From contig JAYNUQ010000005.1 of assembly GCA_038116375.1 (NCBI GenBank), positions 14,036 through 78,035 of the forward strand: a DNA stretch of 64,000 nucleotides, in the 5' to 3' direction. The position numbers and the translations under genes are program-made. This document shows positions 41,708 through 51,124 of the stretch, one piece after another (the stretch's first letter is position 1; each line of letters begins with the position of its first letter). The DNA comes from Candidatus Poseidoniales archaeon (lineage in GTDB: Archaea > Thermoplasmatota > Poseidoniia > Poseidoniales > Poseidoniaceae). A model generated the notes under the pieces. That model was given only the letters and a program-made list of their open reading frames with translations. It did no database searches and was not told the DNA's origin.

Positions 41708-41899
41708 TCAGAACAGGTTCCAGATGGCTTGGACCACACCTTGATTCACGAGGTAGAAGAAGCCACCGAGGGCGATGCATGCGAGGTACACCTGCGCAGG
41801 GGTAATCTTCCACGAGTCTTCAGATTCCTCATCGAAATATCGAATCAAACCGGCGGCTTGCTGGATGCCGCTGCCGTCGTTTTTCTTCTTCGTTGCCAT
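41708..41899 (-). CDS. secG: preprotein translocase subunit Sec61beta (archaeal SecG)
   Basis: 63 aa. GLIRYFDEE motif followed by a single C-terminal TM; archetypal archaeal Sec61beta. Confidence 0.75.
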   Translation of the reverse strand: MATKKKNDGSGIQQAAGLIRYFDEESEDSWKITPAQVYLACIALGGFFYLVNQGVVQAIWNLF

Positions 41900-41949
41900 G
41901 TGGACCGTTCTTGGCCAGCGACCTCCCCCTTATGAACGCGACGCGCGGT

Positions 41950-42849
41950 TCATTCTTCTTGGTCAACCGAACCTTCGGTGGATAAGTCAACAAACGGGAC
42001 TTCGTCGGTCTCGGCCATGATCACCATCGCCGATGGGACTGAATTCAGGTTCTGCTCAACCGGTGCAAACACATCCGAACCATCGGAAAAACGGTCAAGC
42101 GGCGCGGGAACCACCGCTGCTTCTGCGTTGGTGTTCAACTGAATCAAACCGGCCTCAAGACGGGCCAAGGCCCGCTCGACACCCGGCGCGTTGTCCTCTG
42201 CCAAGGCACGCTGTGCCATGTGAAGGTCTTCATCGAACAGTGCCTGCCATGTCGCATGGTCAATGTCTTCACCACGATGCTCCAGTTCGTCCTCGCACCG
42301 TGCCCTCATCGCTTCAATGGCTTCATTGAGGGCATCCCGCCCTGCTTCAAACAAAGCTCGCCAAGAGCGTTCATTGTCCTTCAACGTCAGGTCGGAATGA
42401 TGTCGATTCAGCCACCGTTGAGCACCCCGCAGATGGGCCATTTCCCATGGCGACTGACCCAGTGAACTCGTGATGTCAAGCACCAAACGGGCTCGGGAGG
42501 CAAGGGGCCCCTCAAGGGTGATGACATTGAGGTAGCCTGAGGTGAACAAACCCCATCCCCAATACGATCTTGAAGCGATGTTCACGCGGAGGTCTCCGCT
42601 GGATGTCGTCAAGACCCATTGCTGTTCATTGTATCCCGGTGGTTCAAGGAACTCGGGGGTTTCTGGGTGAGGAAGTTGGGAAAGAAGGGCTTTGGCAACA
42701 TCGCCAAGGTAAACCACGTTGCTCGGGCCGTTGAAGTGTCGACCTCTCAACAATTGATGCGCAGTGTCAATCTTGTGGGACGCATCGGCTTCGCGCACTT
42801 GAGCGATGAGCACGGAAACGGAGGCATCGAGTACGGTCTCCATGGGCAA
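41950..42849 (-). CDS. hypothetical acidic protein
   Basis: 299-aa ORF with good coding periodicity, no recognisable motif. Confidence 0.45.
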   Translation of the reverse strand: MPMETVLDASVSVLIAQVREADASHKIDTAHQLLRGRHFNGPSNVVYLGDVAKALLSQLPHPETPEFLEPPGYNEQQWVLTTSSGDLRVNIASRSYWGWGLFTSGYLNVITLEGPLASRARLVLDITSSLGQSPWEMAHLRGAQRWLNRHHSDLTLKDNERSWRALFEAGRDALNEAIEAMRARCEDELEHRGEDIDHATWQALFDEDLHMAQRALAEDNAPGVERALARLEAGLIQLNTNAEAAVVPAPLDRFSDGSDVFAPVEQNLNSVPSAMVIMAETDEVPFVDLSTEGSVDQEE

Positions 42850-42996
42850 CCCCTCATGACGATGAGTCCAGCCCCAACGTTGCGCTCATGCTCACGGGAA
42901 GGGCTTGACGCACAAGAATCAACCGCACCTCAACATCGTGATTGGTTAAAGGGAAGGTTCAAGTTGGGTTCTCATCATCGTCAAATCGGTGAAAAG

Positions 42997-43500
42997 ATGG
43001 CAAAGAAAACAAAGAGTTCCCCACTTACCTCGCTTCCCGGTGTTGGTGAAGCGACAGCAAAGAAACTGACCGCTGCAAAATTGGGTACGGTCGCCAAGAT
43101 TGCCAAAGCCAGCGCTGGCGATCTGAAGAAAGCGGGGCTCTCGGTTGCCGTTGCCAAGAAGGTCTTGACGGCTGCCAAAGCAGCCAACAACACCAAGGCT
43201 GCTGCCAAAAAGGCCGGCGAAAAGGCAACCGCTTCCGCCAAGAAAGCGGGAAGCAAGGCCAAGGCCGCAGCCAAGAAAGCAGGGGGTAAAGCCAAATCCT
43301 CGTCGGCCAAAGCCAGCAAGGCCGCCAAGGAAGCAACAGAGAAAGCGGTGGGTAAAGGCCAAAAAGTTGCAGAAAAAGTGGTTGAGAAAACCAAAACGGC
43401 CGGTACATCCCTCAAGACCTCCAAAGACAAGGACCGTAAGGGGACCAACATCAAGGTCCCGAAATCCGTCAAGGACATGCCTTGGTTCAAAAAAGGTTGA
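42997..43500 (+). CDS. helix-hairpin-helix plus Lys/Ala-rich (histone H1/Hc1-like) putative nucleoid protein
   Basis: HhH motif LTSLPGVGEATAKKLTAAKLG followed by roughly 130 aa of AKKAG/KAKAAAKK repeats; start set at MAKKTKSS. Confidence 0.6.
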   Translation: MAKKTKSSPLTSLPGVGEATAKKLTAAKLGTVAKIAKASAGDLKKAGLSVAVAKKVLTAAKAANNTKAAAKKAGEKATASAKKAGSKAKAAAKKAGGKAKSSSAKASKAAKEATEKAVGKGQKVAEKVVEKTKTAGTSLKTSKDKDRKGTNIKVPKSVKDMPWFKKG

Positions 43501-43726
43501 AATCGCCGCTATCTTTGAAGGCCGCCTTCCCTGAAGGGTTGACATGCCTCGGCGAAAATACGGTCGCCTGAGAAAAACGGTAGAACAACCTCCCAAAGGA
43601 AACTGTTCACGTTGCCGTTCGGGAAAGCATTGTCCGATTGAAGGCCACCAGGGGAACATCGTCCATCCACATCGAGAATGGACGGGGCCGGAACGTGTTG
43701 CCAAACGAAAGAAACCCTCGTCGTGA

Positions 43727-44812
43727 TCAAACGATACCGCGGGTGCTTGTTGACGGCGTTGTCTCCTCCACGGGCGCCTCTTCAATCGGCGTCTCGTTCA
43801 TGTCACGTCGCATCGATTGGGCCCGGTGATAGACCTCCCGCAGCGTTTGGTCTGAAATTTCGAGATAGACGCGGGTGGTGGCGATGGTAGCATGACCCAT
43901 GAGGCGCTGGATGGTCACCAAGTCTGCCCCACGCTCCAACAAGCCCGTAGCAAAGTTGTGGCGGAGCACGTGGGGTGTCAATTTGCCTTTGGGAAGTCCT
44001 GCTTCTTGACCCAGTGCATCCATCATACGTTGAACACCACGCGGTTGAAGCCGTCGTCCATGGCGGTTCACAAAACAGGCTTGTTCTTCGCTGGACGTCA
44101 GTCGGGTACGAATGGGCATCCATGCATGAAGTCGCTCGAGCGTGCGATCGGTAAACAACACCAGGCGATCTTTGTCGCCTTTGCCGCCAATGACGCGGGC
44201 CGAGCCATCATCAAAGTCGATGTTCTCAAGGTTCAATTCACACACTTCGCTGACCCTCAAACCCGTGTCAAGCATCATCGTCACGACCAGCGAAGCTACG
44301 GGGTCTTCACTCACTTCTGCTGTTTCAAGCACCGAGGTCAATTCTCTGCGAGTCAGTGTGCGAGGCAACCTCTTCCCCGTGCGGGCTCGCTGCAAATGGT
44401 CCGGCCAAAGAAGTCCAAGCCAGCGAATCAGATGTCGCGCCGCAGCCAGGCGGGCATTGTAGGTCGTTGGCCGGAGACCAGCAATCTCGTGAGCCCACAG
44501 GTCCAAGCGGCCCTTCATCGGTTCCATACGTTCGGCCAGTGCTTCGATGGTGATGTTTTCGTAGGCTTCCTCACTGAGGACGTCCTCACCAGGAAGCGTG
44601 GTTTCAATGAGGGGTTTCAATCCGTAGAAGTATGATTTTTGAGTGTTCTCAGATTTATTCTCGGTTTGCAGTTGGCGCTGATAGCACCCAAGCCAAGGAA
44701 GGTGCCGGAGGTGGGTCAGCCGAGCAGGAAGCGTGAGTTGCTCTTCAGACAAGCGCAGTTGGCTTGGCTTACGCGCCCGTGGTTGTGGCGTTCGCATCTC
44801 TCGTTCGTTCAT
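43727..44812 (-). CDS. xerA: tyrosine recombinase, XerA-like
   Basis: C-terminal catalytic block LRHNFATGLLERGADLVTIQRLMGHATIATTRVYLE (R…HxxR…Y). N-terminal SAM-like core-binding domain. Roughly 35-aa acidic C-terminal extension. Confidence 0.8.
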   Translation of the reverse strand: MNEREMRTPQPRARKPSQLRLSEEQLTLPARLTHLRHLPWLGCYQRQLQTENKSENTQKSYFYGLKPLIETTLPGEDVLSEEAYENITIEALAERMEPMKGRLDLWAHEIAGLRPTTYNARLAAARHLIRWLGLLWPDHLQRARTGKRLPRTLTRRELTSVLETAEVSEDPVASLVVTMMLDTGLRVSEVCELNLENIDFDDGSARVIGGKGDKDRLVLFTDRTLERLHAWMPIRTRLTSSEEQACFVNRHGRRLQPRGVQRMMDALGQEAGLPKGKLTPHVLRHNFATGLLERGADLVTIQRLMGHATIATTRVYLEISDQTLREVYHRAQSMRRDMNETPIEEAPVEETTPSTSTRGIV

Positions 44813-45007
44813 TTGGCGTCACCGCCTCCCGCCGAAGCGGGCGTACATCCCATGTCCCGGAGGACAATTCGTAAACTGAGGCCGTGTTTATCAACTCATC
44901 GCTGCGATAAGAGATTGAGAAAGGGAAGGGACCTTTCCTGTGCCTTGGCACAAGAGAGGTCGTTGTACAGCTCAGAGAGCTGGAAGAAGGTCAGCAGCAG
45001 GCTGCAC

Positions 45008-45274
45008 TCAAAGGTGCTCGATGCCTTGCTTCTTGACGTTGGCCTTCTTGATCATATCTGGCAACCAGTCAGGTCCGCCAGCAGGCTTTGGGACCATCGA
45101 GATGCTGCCCGTGAAGACGTGGACACGCTTGGTGCCGCGCTCTCGTAGGCGGATGGTCTCATGTCCGCGGGTTGCGGCCTTCAAGGCTGCACCGCGTGGT
45201 TGCTTGCTCGCAAATACCTGGCTCGTGTCTTTTCCGTTCTCCATGAGAACGAAGTATTTTTTTCCGTCTGACAT
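45008..45274 (-). CDS. chromosomal protein MC1
   Basis: FVLMENGKDTSQVFASKQPRGAALKAATRGHETIRLRERGTKRVHVFTG…PDWLPDMIKKANVKKQGIEHL aligns by eye along its length with Methanosarcina MC1. Start set at MSDGKK; TTATATG box and GGAGG upstream. Confidence 0.8.
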   Translation of the reverse strand: MSDGKKYFVLMENGKDTSQVFASKQPRGAALKAATRGHETIRLRERGTKRVHVFTGSISMVPKPAGGPDWLPDMIKKANVKKQGIEHL

Positions 45275-45416
45275 TTGGATTTCCTCCGATTTGGCCTTGT
45301 ACCGTTGAGCATATAATGATTTCCCCGAAAAAAGGGTGTACTGCTCTACATATGGCGCCCAGTACCCCATTCCGAAGCCGTTTTTTTCCCGTTCTGCGTT
45401 CAGTACAACGGTTTCA

Positions 45417-45674
45417 TCAGTCATCGGTGAGGTCTGCTCCAGCGAGGGTCTTGGTGTTCACGACCCCTTCAACCGAACGTATGTGCTCGACCACGGCTTT
45501 AGCGATGGTAGCGAGGTCGGCAGCCTCCAGTTTCACAATGAGGTCGTGATCACCGAAAAGAACGGTGGCGTCTGTTACGTGCGGTAGCGTTTTGACGCCG
45601 TTGTAGACTTCTTGTTCCATCCCCGGTTGGACGTTGATGAGGACGTATCCAATTGCCATGTTGCTCACTTCCAT
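45417..45674 (-). CDS. stand-alone RAM (Lrp/AsnC ligand-binding) domain protein
   Basis: MAIGYVLINVQPGMEQEVYNGVKTLPHVTDATVLFGDHDLIVKLEAADLATIAKAVVEHIRSVEGVVNTKTL is a typical AsnC C-terminal domain. Confidence 0.5.
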   Translation of the reverse strand: MEVSNMAIGYVLINVQPGMEQEVYNGVKTLPHVTDATVLFGDHDLIVKLEAADLATIAKAVVEHIRSVEGVVNTKTLAGADLTDD

Positions 45675-45692
45675 TCACAAGATGCCAGCACA

Positions 45693-48600
45693 TCACCCTT
45701 CCGCTTGAACTTCGCTGGATGCTAAGGTGGCTTTTGATTCCTCCACATAGGTGCGCCACTGCTCTTCGGTCCACCCCTCAGGAAGCGGCCCATCAAGCCA
45801 GGAGGTGTAGTCATCAAGCGACCAACCTTCCGGGACGATATCGTGTGACTCTGGAGTGACGCTCTCGCTCAACACGCCTTCCTCTTGGTCGCGTTCAAAC
45901 AGTTCTTCGGTATTGGCGTATGGCTCAAATTCATCAGAGGCCCACTTCAGGTCATCGGTCGGACCACGACGACGGAGCACCAGCAACCCTGAGGTGATGG
46001 CGATGGCCACAACCGCAACAATCAGCAACAGCAGAGGGGTGTTGTTGGCATCGAGATCGTTAGAAGGGGTTTGCTCCTCCCCCTGCTTGTCGGTGCAGTT
46101 TTGACACGGCGTAGCGGACATGACTCCAATGCTGGCGTTTGAGGAGAAGGATTGCTGAAGGTTATCCATGCAGTTGATGTTCGCCGAGAGCGTGGTGTTC
46201 GCTACGGCCACCGTCAGAGGATAACGGTAACTCAGTGTGTTCGAAAAGACGCCTTCGGGCCCTGCCGTAACCACGGATTGTGTAAGCAGGGCATCGTCTT
46301 GACCGTAAAGGCTGAACGCACAGACCACCCTGTCCAGGCCGTCCAAGTCGGAAACGGTTACGTTTGTGTAGAGGTCCGAGCCGGGGATTGCCTCGGAAAA
46401 TTCAACGCCTTCAATGACGGTGGGGGCGTGTTGGAACACCAAGTCCATGCCCTGAGATTTCACCAAACCGTCGATGTTACTGGTGGAGAACACCACGCGT
46501 CCCTCCCCGTCCACCAAGGAGTTGTCAAGTTTCAGTCGGAAATACATCACGGTCGCATCTTCCGTCATCAATTCGCTGATGTCGCAAGCAAGAGGAGGTT
46601 CACCTTCCCCCCACACGGGAGCCTCCATGCTTGGGGCGTTGATGGCCCAGCCAGACTGTGCGAGTTGTACGGCGGATGATTGGATCGGGCGTTCACTGGC
46701 CAAGACAACCACGAGCGTTGCGGTTTGACCAAAGGTCATGTTTCGCACAACGCCTGTGGCATCACACGCCTCGAACAGCAACAATTCTGGAGGCGTGAGA
46801 AGAAACGGCACGTTGAGCTGCTCGGTCGCCGTCGCACCGTGTTGGCCACGGCCGCTGGCCACGAGTTGCAATTCACCTGCTTCCAGCGGAATCAACATCT
46901 GCTCGAGCACGAGTACGGTATCGTTACCGTCTCCCGAAATATCCAGCGGCAGTTCGATGGGTTCGCCTCCGGGCCAGTGGATGGTTAAATCGCCCACAAA
47001 GGAGGTTGCAGGGTCGTCCACATCGCTGACCCGAATACGGACCTGCTCGTTTCCATCGCCCACCACGCGGTCAAGTTGTTCGCTCAACGTAGATTCAACG
47101 AAGAGCGAGAGTTCCGGTGGTTTGTCATCAATCCTCAGCGTGCGCTGGAGGAGCAAGGAACCTGCACCGGTGCGTACTTCAAGGTCAACATCGCCAAGTT
47201 CACTTCCAATCTCGAGACTGAGGTCGGTGGTGTAACAGTAGAGGTTGGCCGCCGACTGAGGCACATAACTGACGTTTCCAAGCGTTCCCCGAGAGGAATA
47301 AAACACGGGCGAAGGCGTGGTAAGGTCGTAATCTGTGTCCATTACGCAGGCCGTGAGTTGACTGGTCTGATGACGGAACAAGCCCACCGGGGGGCGGTTC
47401 GGGAGCATCGAAGCGTTGTTCCAATCGGCGGGGTCCACGCCAGAAGCGTGCGGCCCGAACCATGTCGGTGGTGCGTCCACCACTTGCGTGACGTTCTCCA
47501 CCACCATGATGGCCCTCATGCTGTTGTTATCGGAAACCGTAGCCCGTAAGGCAACTGCGCCCAGCGATGCGTTTGCAGGAATCACCAGGGCCGTTTCCCA
47601 AACGGTGGGGCTGATCTTGCCCATGAACAACACCGTCCAATCGCTTTCATTGATGCTCTGATTTTCACCGAGAATTTGCCACCCGAGCGTGGCGTTGACC
47701 ACGTCTCGGTCGTCGGTGGCTTCAACCGAACAAATGGTGTATTCTCCTCGGGACAACAAGGCAGCGCTGCAGTACACGTCTTCGATGCTCGGAGGGGCGT
47801 TGACCACCACCGAAAAAGCGAGCAGGTTGTTTCCAAAATTACGTTCTGGGCTCGCGTTGGTGTAGCGTATTCGAAGGTCAAGCAATCCGTCCGTGACGGG
47901 CACCATGGTGAGGTTCACCGTCGTCCGGCTCCCTGCGGCATCGCCTGCAGGCAGGCTCAGCAGACTCTGGTTGAGAATCGTGTTTCCAAGCACGGTTCGA
48001 ATCTCAAGCGTTCCGTTTGATGTGGCCATCCCAAGGTTCTCCACGAGGACTTCAACGTTGACGACCTCACCTTGATTGACATCACCCACGGTACGAACGC
48101 CGACGATGTTGATGTCGTGAAGGACATCGGTATAGGGCGCCATTTTCGGGTCACCGACCACCACGCCCATCCAACTCGCATAACGGTTGGCTGCTGCATG
48201 GCTCTCGGCGAGGTTGTAACCCGAGGCGTAGGTGGGAAGGAAGGTACTCGGTAAGCCGACCGCCGTCAAATAGGGTTCGTAGACGTACCCTTTCACGCCA
48301 GAAGCGCCGTCTTCGAGGAGGTCAGCGATGAGCGATTGTCCATAACTCGTACCCCAATTAAACGAGCGTCCACCGGTGGAGACGGCCGTGTCGGCAATGG
48401 AACCGTTCACCCAATCCATGTGCGGGCGAATTGCTCTGAGAACGAAGGAATCGATGAACAACGAACCGACCGTGGACGTTGAATCAATGTCGAGGCTCAC
48501 CCGAATGGTCATTTCGGTGGCGTCTGGATGGGGTCGCATTCGCATCGTCTGCGAACCCCAGTTGGACGTGAAGGTCTTTGCATTCGAGGTGTTGCTTGAG

Positions 48601-50984
48601 AGAACGCTTCCCGATGCGTCGGTCCCTTCAACCGTCATTCGGAACGCGCCGTTGACCTCTCCCTCGCTCGCCCCGTAAACATAGATGTTCCATGCGTGCC
48701 CCATGAGTTCGTTTGGAATTGCATAGGTGGTCTCAAGCGAGGCAACGTTGCTGCCTGCGCCCGAATAGGTCGTACAGTTGTCGATGATGGTACGACGAAG
48801 GGCGGTGACATCATCGTCATCCAAAGCGATGTCCCACACCATGACTTCATCGATCATGCCCTCAAAGTAAGCATTCCCAGCACGGTTTACGCCCAGCTTG
48901 TAGAGGTCGATGTTGTTGAACGACCCGTTCGGATAGACGTTGGTGTTCACCAGAACGCCGTCCATGTACTGCCGAATATCACCGTCGTCAAACACGGTCA
49001 CGAGGTGCGTCCACCGCTGCGCGACCACATCGCCAAAGACGCTTGTCTGATTGTTGTGCAATCGCCATTTACTGCTTGAAACCATGTGTTGGAACGACAG
49101 ATTCGAGCCTGCCTGGTCGTCCACTGCAAAGGTAGACGCATAGGTGGTTTGGGCCGTGGTGTTGGCCCAGACCCACTGACTGACCGTCATGTTTCCGTAC
49201 CAGTCATCGACGTTCACCTTGGCCACATCGTCGCTACCATCGTACCACAAGCACGTGCCGTCGGGGCATGTTCTCCAGTTGGAATTGTCCATTCCCGTAA
49301 GGGTCATGTTCGCGGTATCCGAACCGTTGTCAGCAGCGATGGCTCCCGTTCCCTCTTCGAAGGCCCAATGATGAACGAGATGCGTCGGCTCGGGGGCGGT
49401 GTCGGTGGCCACGTAGAACGCTGATGCGGGAATTGCCGCCTTGCTCGTGTTTGGCCCCTGCCACGAGAAAATGAGGCCGTGAGGGCCGCCACCTTGGAAG
49501 AATTCAATCCGGAATTCATGCAATCCTTCGCTGAGGTTCAGCCAACCCGAACGTTCTCGCATGCCGTGCATCCCGTAATTCTTGGCGACGGAGGCTCCGT
49601 TCACCCACAATTCTGAACCGTCGTCGGAATTGATGAAGAAGGTCCAGTTTCCAGCATGAGGAACATCGATGAGTCCACTGAATCGGGCGCCCCAATGCTG
49701 CTTGAATCGGTCGTCAAGGCCCGGATAGGCGTTGTTGGACGCTCCTCGATTCAGGTGGGGTTCAACCTGAATTCTGTCTGGCTGGCGGTCGATAAGGGAC
49801 GGCATGGTTGAGGAACTAAAACTCACGCCGTCGTTGTCAAAGTATTCGCCGTAAATGCCCTGCATGCCCTTGGCGCCGTCCTGGTCACAGTCGGTGCGTA
49901 AAGCAGCTTCAAAAGCGCCGTTTCCACCCTGTTTCGTATCGGTTTGGTACGACCAGTTGAACCCGTCCTCCGGTGCAATCGTAGGAGAGGTGTGCGTCCA
50001 GTAGCGAGAACCGCTCTGCCACGCGCTGTCCAAAGTATCAAACCCGCTGTTGGGGAGGTAGTTCTTGTTCCAATTTCCGTCGTTGCTTCCCCATGATGCA
50101 TACCCCATGACGTTGGAAACGTTGGTGAGGAATTCCGTCTCTTCGTCAAAATACACGGGCAGGCCCATGCTGGCGTTGAGCGTGGTGTTGGCCGTGTAGA
50201 GGTCGTCGTTCCAAAACTTGTAACCCGAACTGTTTCGATTGGTGGCCAAATCCAGAACAAAGGTTCCACGCTGCCCCAAACTTTGGTTCGCCCGTTCAAT
50301 CAACTCCAAGGCGGTGTCAACGGTGTACCCCGTCAAGCGAGTGACGAGAAAGAACCCGTATTTTCCCCTCGTGAAGGGCTCCATCGGTTTTCCAGCAAGC
50401 GGGCCGTAGTCGTGAGTGATCCAGTAATTTCCTCCGATGGAGCTGTTGTAGGCGCCTCCGAGCAGCGACAATTCTTGGTCAAAACTGGCTTTGTCGTTTC
50501 CGCCCGATACACGCAACGGTATCCCTTTTGTGGTCACGAGGTAATTCAGTCCGTTCACCGAGGTTCGGTTCTGCAACATCTCGAGGAAGGGCGTTGCGAA
50601 GTAGGTATTGAATTGATTTCGATTGATGGTCTCGCCTGTTGGCGTGCCGGTCATGTTGAACAGGAACACGCGGTCGAGCGAAATGTTTCGAGCAGCGACG
50701 AAGGCCCAACCGATGGTCCTGCTCTCTTCTGAAAGGTTGTTGATGAGTACGCCGACGTCGCTGTAATCGATCACGCTGTCATAGGAAAATCCCTGCGGTA
50801 CGGCCATGCTCTGCCAGGGTGTTTGGTTCCAAACATCTTCCTGTCCGCCAACAAGGAAGCCAGAGAAGAGCTCTTCGCTCAGTTTGACCTGCTCATCCTC
50901 TGCCGAGGATGCTGCTGGTGAGTAGTGAAGAAGCGAGAGGAAGAACATGACCACGAAAGCGATGCTGGTCGCCTTCGTGGACAT
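45693..50984 (-). CDS. giant (1763 aa) surface protein with PA14 and LamG/ConA-like lectin domains and a C-terminal TM anchor
   Basis: Signal peptide. PA14-like segment (GEYFDNDG…GNWTFFINSDDGSELWVNGASV…GGGPHGLIFSWQG). LamG-like segment (…YMDGVLVNTNVY…EGMIDEVMVWDIALDDDD). TM LLLLIVAVVAIAITSGLLVL plus an acidic tail. Confidence 0.85.
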   Translation of the reverse strand: MSTKATSIAFVVMFFLSLLHYSPAASSAEDEQVKLSEELFSGFLVGGQEDVWNQTPWQSMAVPQGFSYDSVIDYSDVGVLINNLSEESRTIGWAFVAARNISLDRVFLFNMTGTPTGETINRNQFNTYFATPFLEMLQNRTSVNGLNYLVTTKGIPLRVSGGNDKASFDQELSLLGGAYNSSIGGNYWITHDYGPLAGKPMEPFTRGKYGFFLVTRLTGYTVDTALELIERANQSLGQRGTFVLDLATNRNSSGYKFWNDDLYTANTTLNASMGLPVYFDEETEFLTNVSNVMGYASWGSNDGNWNKNYLPNSGFDTLDSAWQSGSRYWTHTSPTIAPEDGFNWSYQTDTKQGGNGAFEAALRTDCDQDGAKGMQGIYGEYFDNDGVSFSSSTMPSLIDRQPDRIQVEPHLNRGASNNAYPGLDDRFKQHWGARFSGLIDVPHAGNWTFFINSDDGSELWVNGASVAKNYGMHGMRERSGWLNLSEGLHEFRIEFFQGGGPHGLIFSWQGPNTSKAAIPASAFYVATDTAPEPTHLVHHWAFEEGTGAIAADNGSDTANMTLTGMDNSNWRTCPDGTCLWYDGSDDVAKVNVDDWYGNMTVSQWVWANTTAQTTYASTFAVDDQAGSNLSFQHMVSSSKWRLHNNQTSVFGDVVAQRWTHLVTVFDDGDIRQYMDGVLVNTNVYPNGSFNNIDLYKLGVNRAGNAYFEGMIDEVMVWDIALDDDDVTALRRTIIDNCTTYSGAGSNVASLETTYAIPNELMGHAWNIYVYGASEGEVNGAFRMTVEGTDASGSVLSSNTSNAKTFTSNWGSQTMRMRPHPDATEMTIRVSLDIDSTSTVGSLFIDSFVLRAIRPHMDWVNGSIADTAVSTGGRSFNWGTSYGQSLIADLLEDGASGVKGYVYEPYLTAVGLPSTFLPTYASGYNLAESHAAANRYASWMGVVVGDPKMAPYTDVLHDINIVGVRTVGDVNQGEVVNVEVLVENLGMATSNGTLEIRTVLGNTILNQSLLSLPAGDAAGSRTTVNLTMVPVTDGLLDLRIRYTNASPERNFGNNLLAFSVVVNAPPSIEDVYCSAALLSRGEYTICSVEATDDRDVVNATLGWQILGENQSINESDWTVLFMGKISPTVWETALVIPANASLGAVALRATVSDNNSMRAIMVVENVTQVVDAPPTWFGPHASGVDPADWNNASMLPNRPPVGLFRHQTSQLTACVMDTDYDLTTPSPVFYSSRGTLGNVSYVPQSAANLYCYTTDLSLEIGSELGDVDLEVRTGAGSLLLQRTLRIDDKPPELSLFVESTLSEQLDRVVGDGNEQVRIRVSDVDDPATSFVGDLTIHWPGGEPIELPLDISGDGNDTVLVLEQMLIPLEAGELQLVASGRGQHGATATEQLNVPFLLTPPELLLFEACDATGVVRNMTFGQTATLVVVLASERPIQSSAVQLAQSGWAINAPSMEAPVWGEGEPPLACDISELMTEDATVMYFRLKLDNSLVDGEGRVVFSTSNIDGLVKSQGMDLVFQHAPTVIEGVEFSEAIPGSDLYTNVTVSDLDGLDRVVCAFSLYGQDDALLTQSVVTAGPEGVFSNTLSYRYPLTVAVANTTLSANINCMDNLQQSFSSNASIGVMSATPCQNCTDKQGEEQTPSNDLDANNTPLLLLIVAVVAIAITSGLLVLRRRGPTDDLKWASDEFEPYANTEELFERDQEEGVLSESVTPESHDIVPEGWSLDDYTSWLDGPLPEGWTEEQWRTYVEESKATLASSEVQAEG

Positions 50985-51057
50985 GGCCGATGCAGCGCTG
51001 CAGCCGATTTAGCCGTATCGCTCTCGCGAACGAAGGCCATGATGAAGGCTGAAGCAC

Positions 51058-51103
51058 GAAACATTGACCGGTTTCATTGAAATTTGGCGCAGATAATATG
51101 TAG
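51058..51103. promoter_or_regulatory. divergent promoter: inverted repeat GAAAC-N7-GTTTC and a TTTCATTGAAA near-palindrome, then a GATAATATGTAGG TATA-like box 22-34 bp upstream of the macro-gene ATG
   Basis: Read directly in the 140-bp gap between the giant-protein start (50984, minus) and the macro start (51125, plus). Confidence 0.4.
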
Positions 51104-51124
51104 GGTCGCCTTCTCTTAGAACCG

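Noticed and set aside
44639-45148. 169-aa plus-strand ORF spanning the xerA start and the MC1 gene
   Set aside because: It overlaps two well-supported minus-strand genes and their promoter; low-complexity translation.
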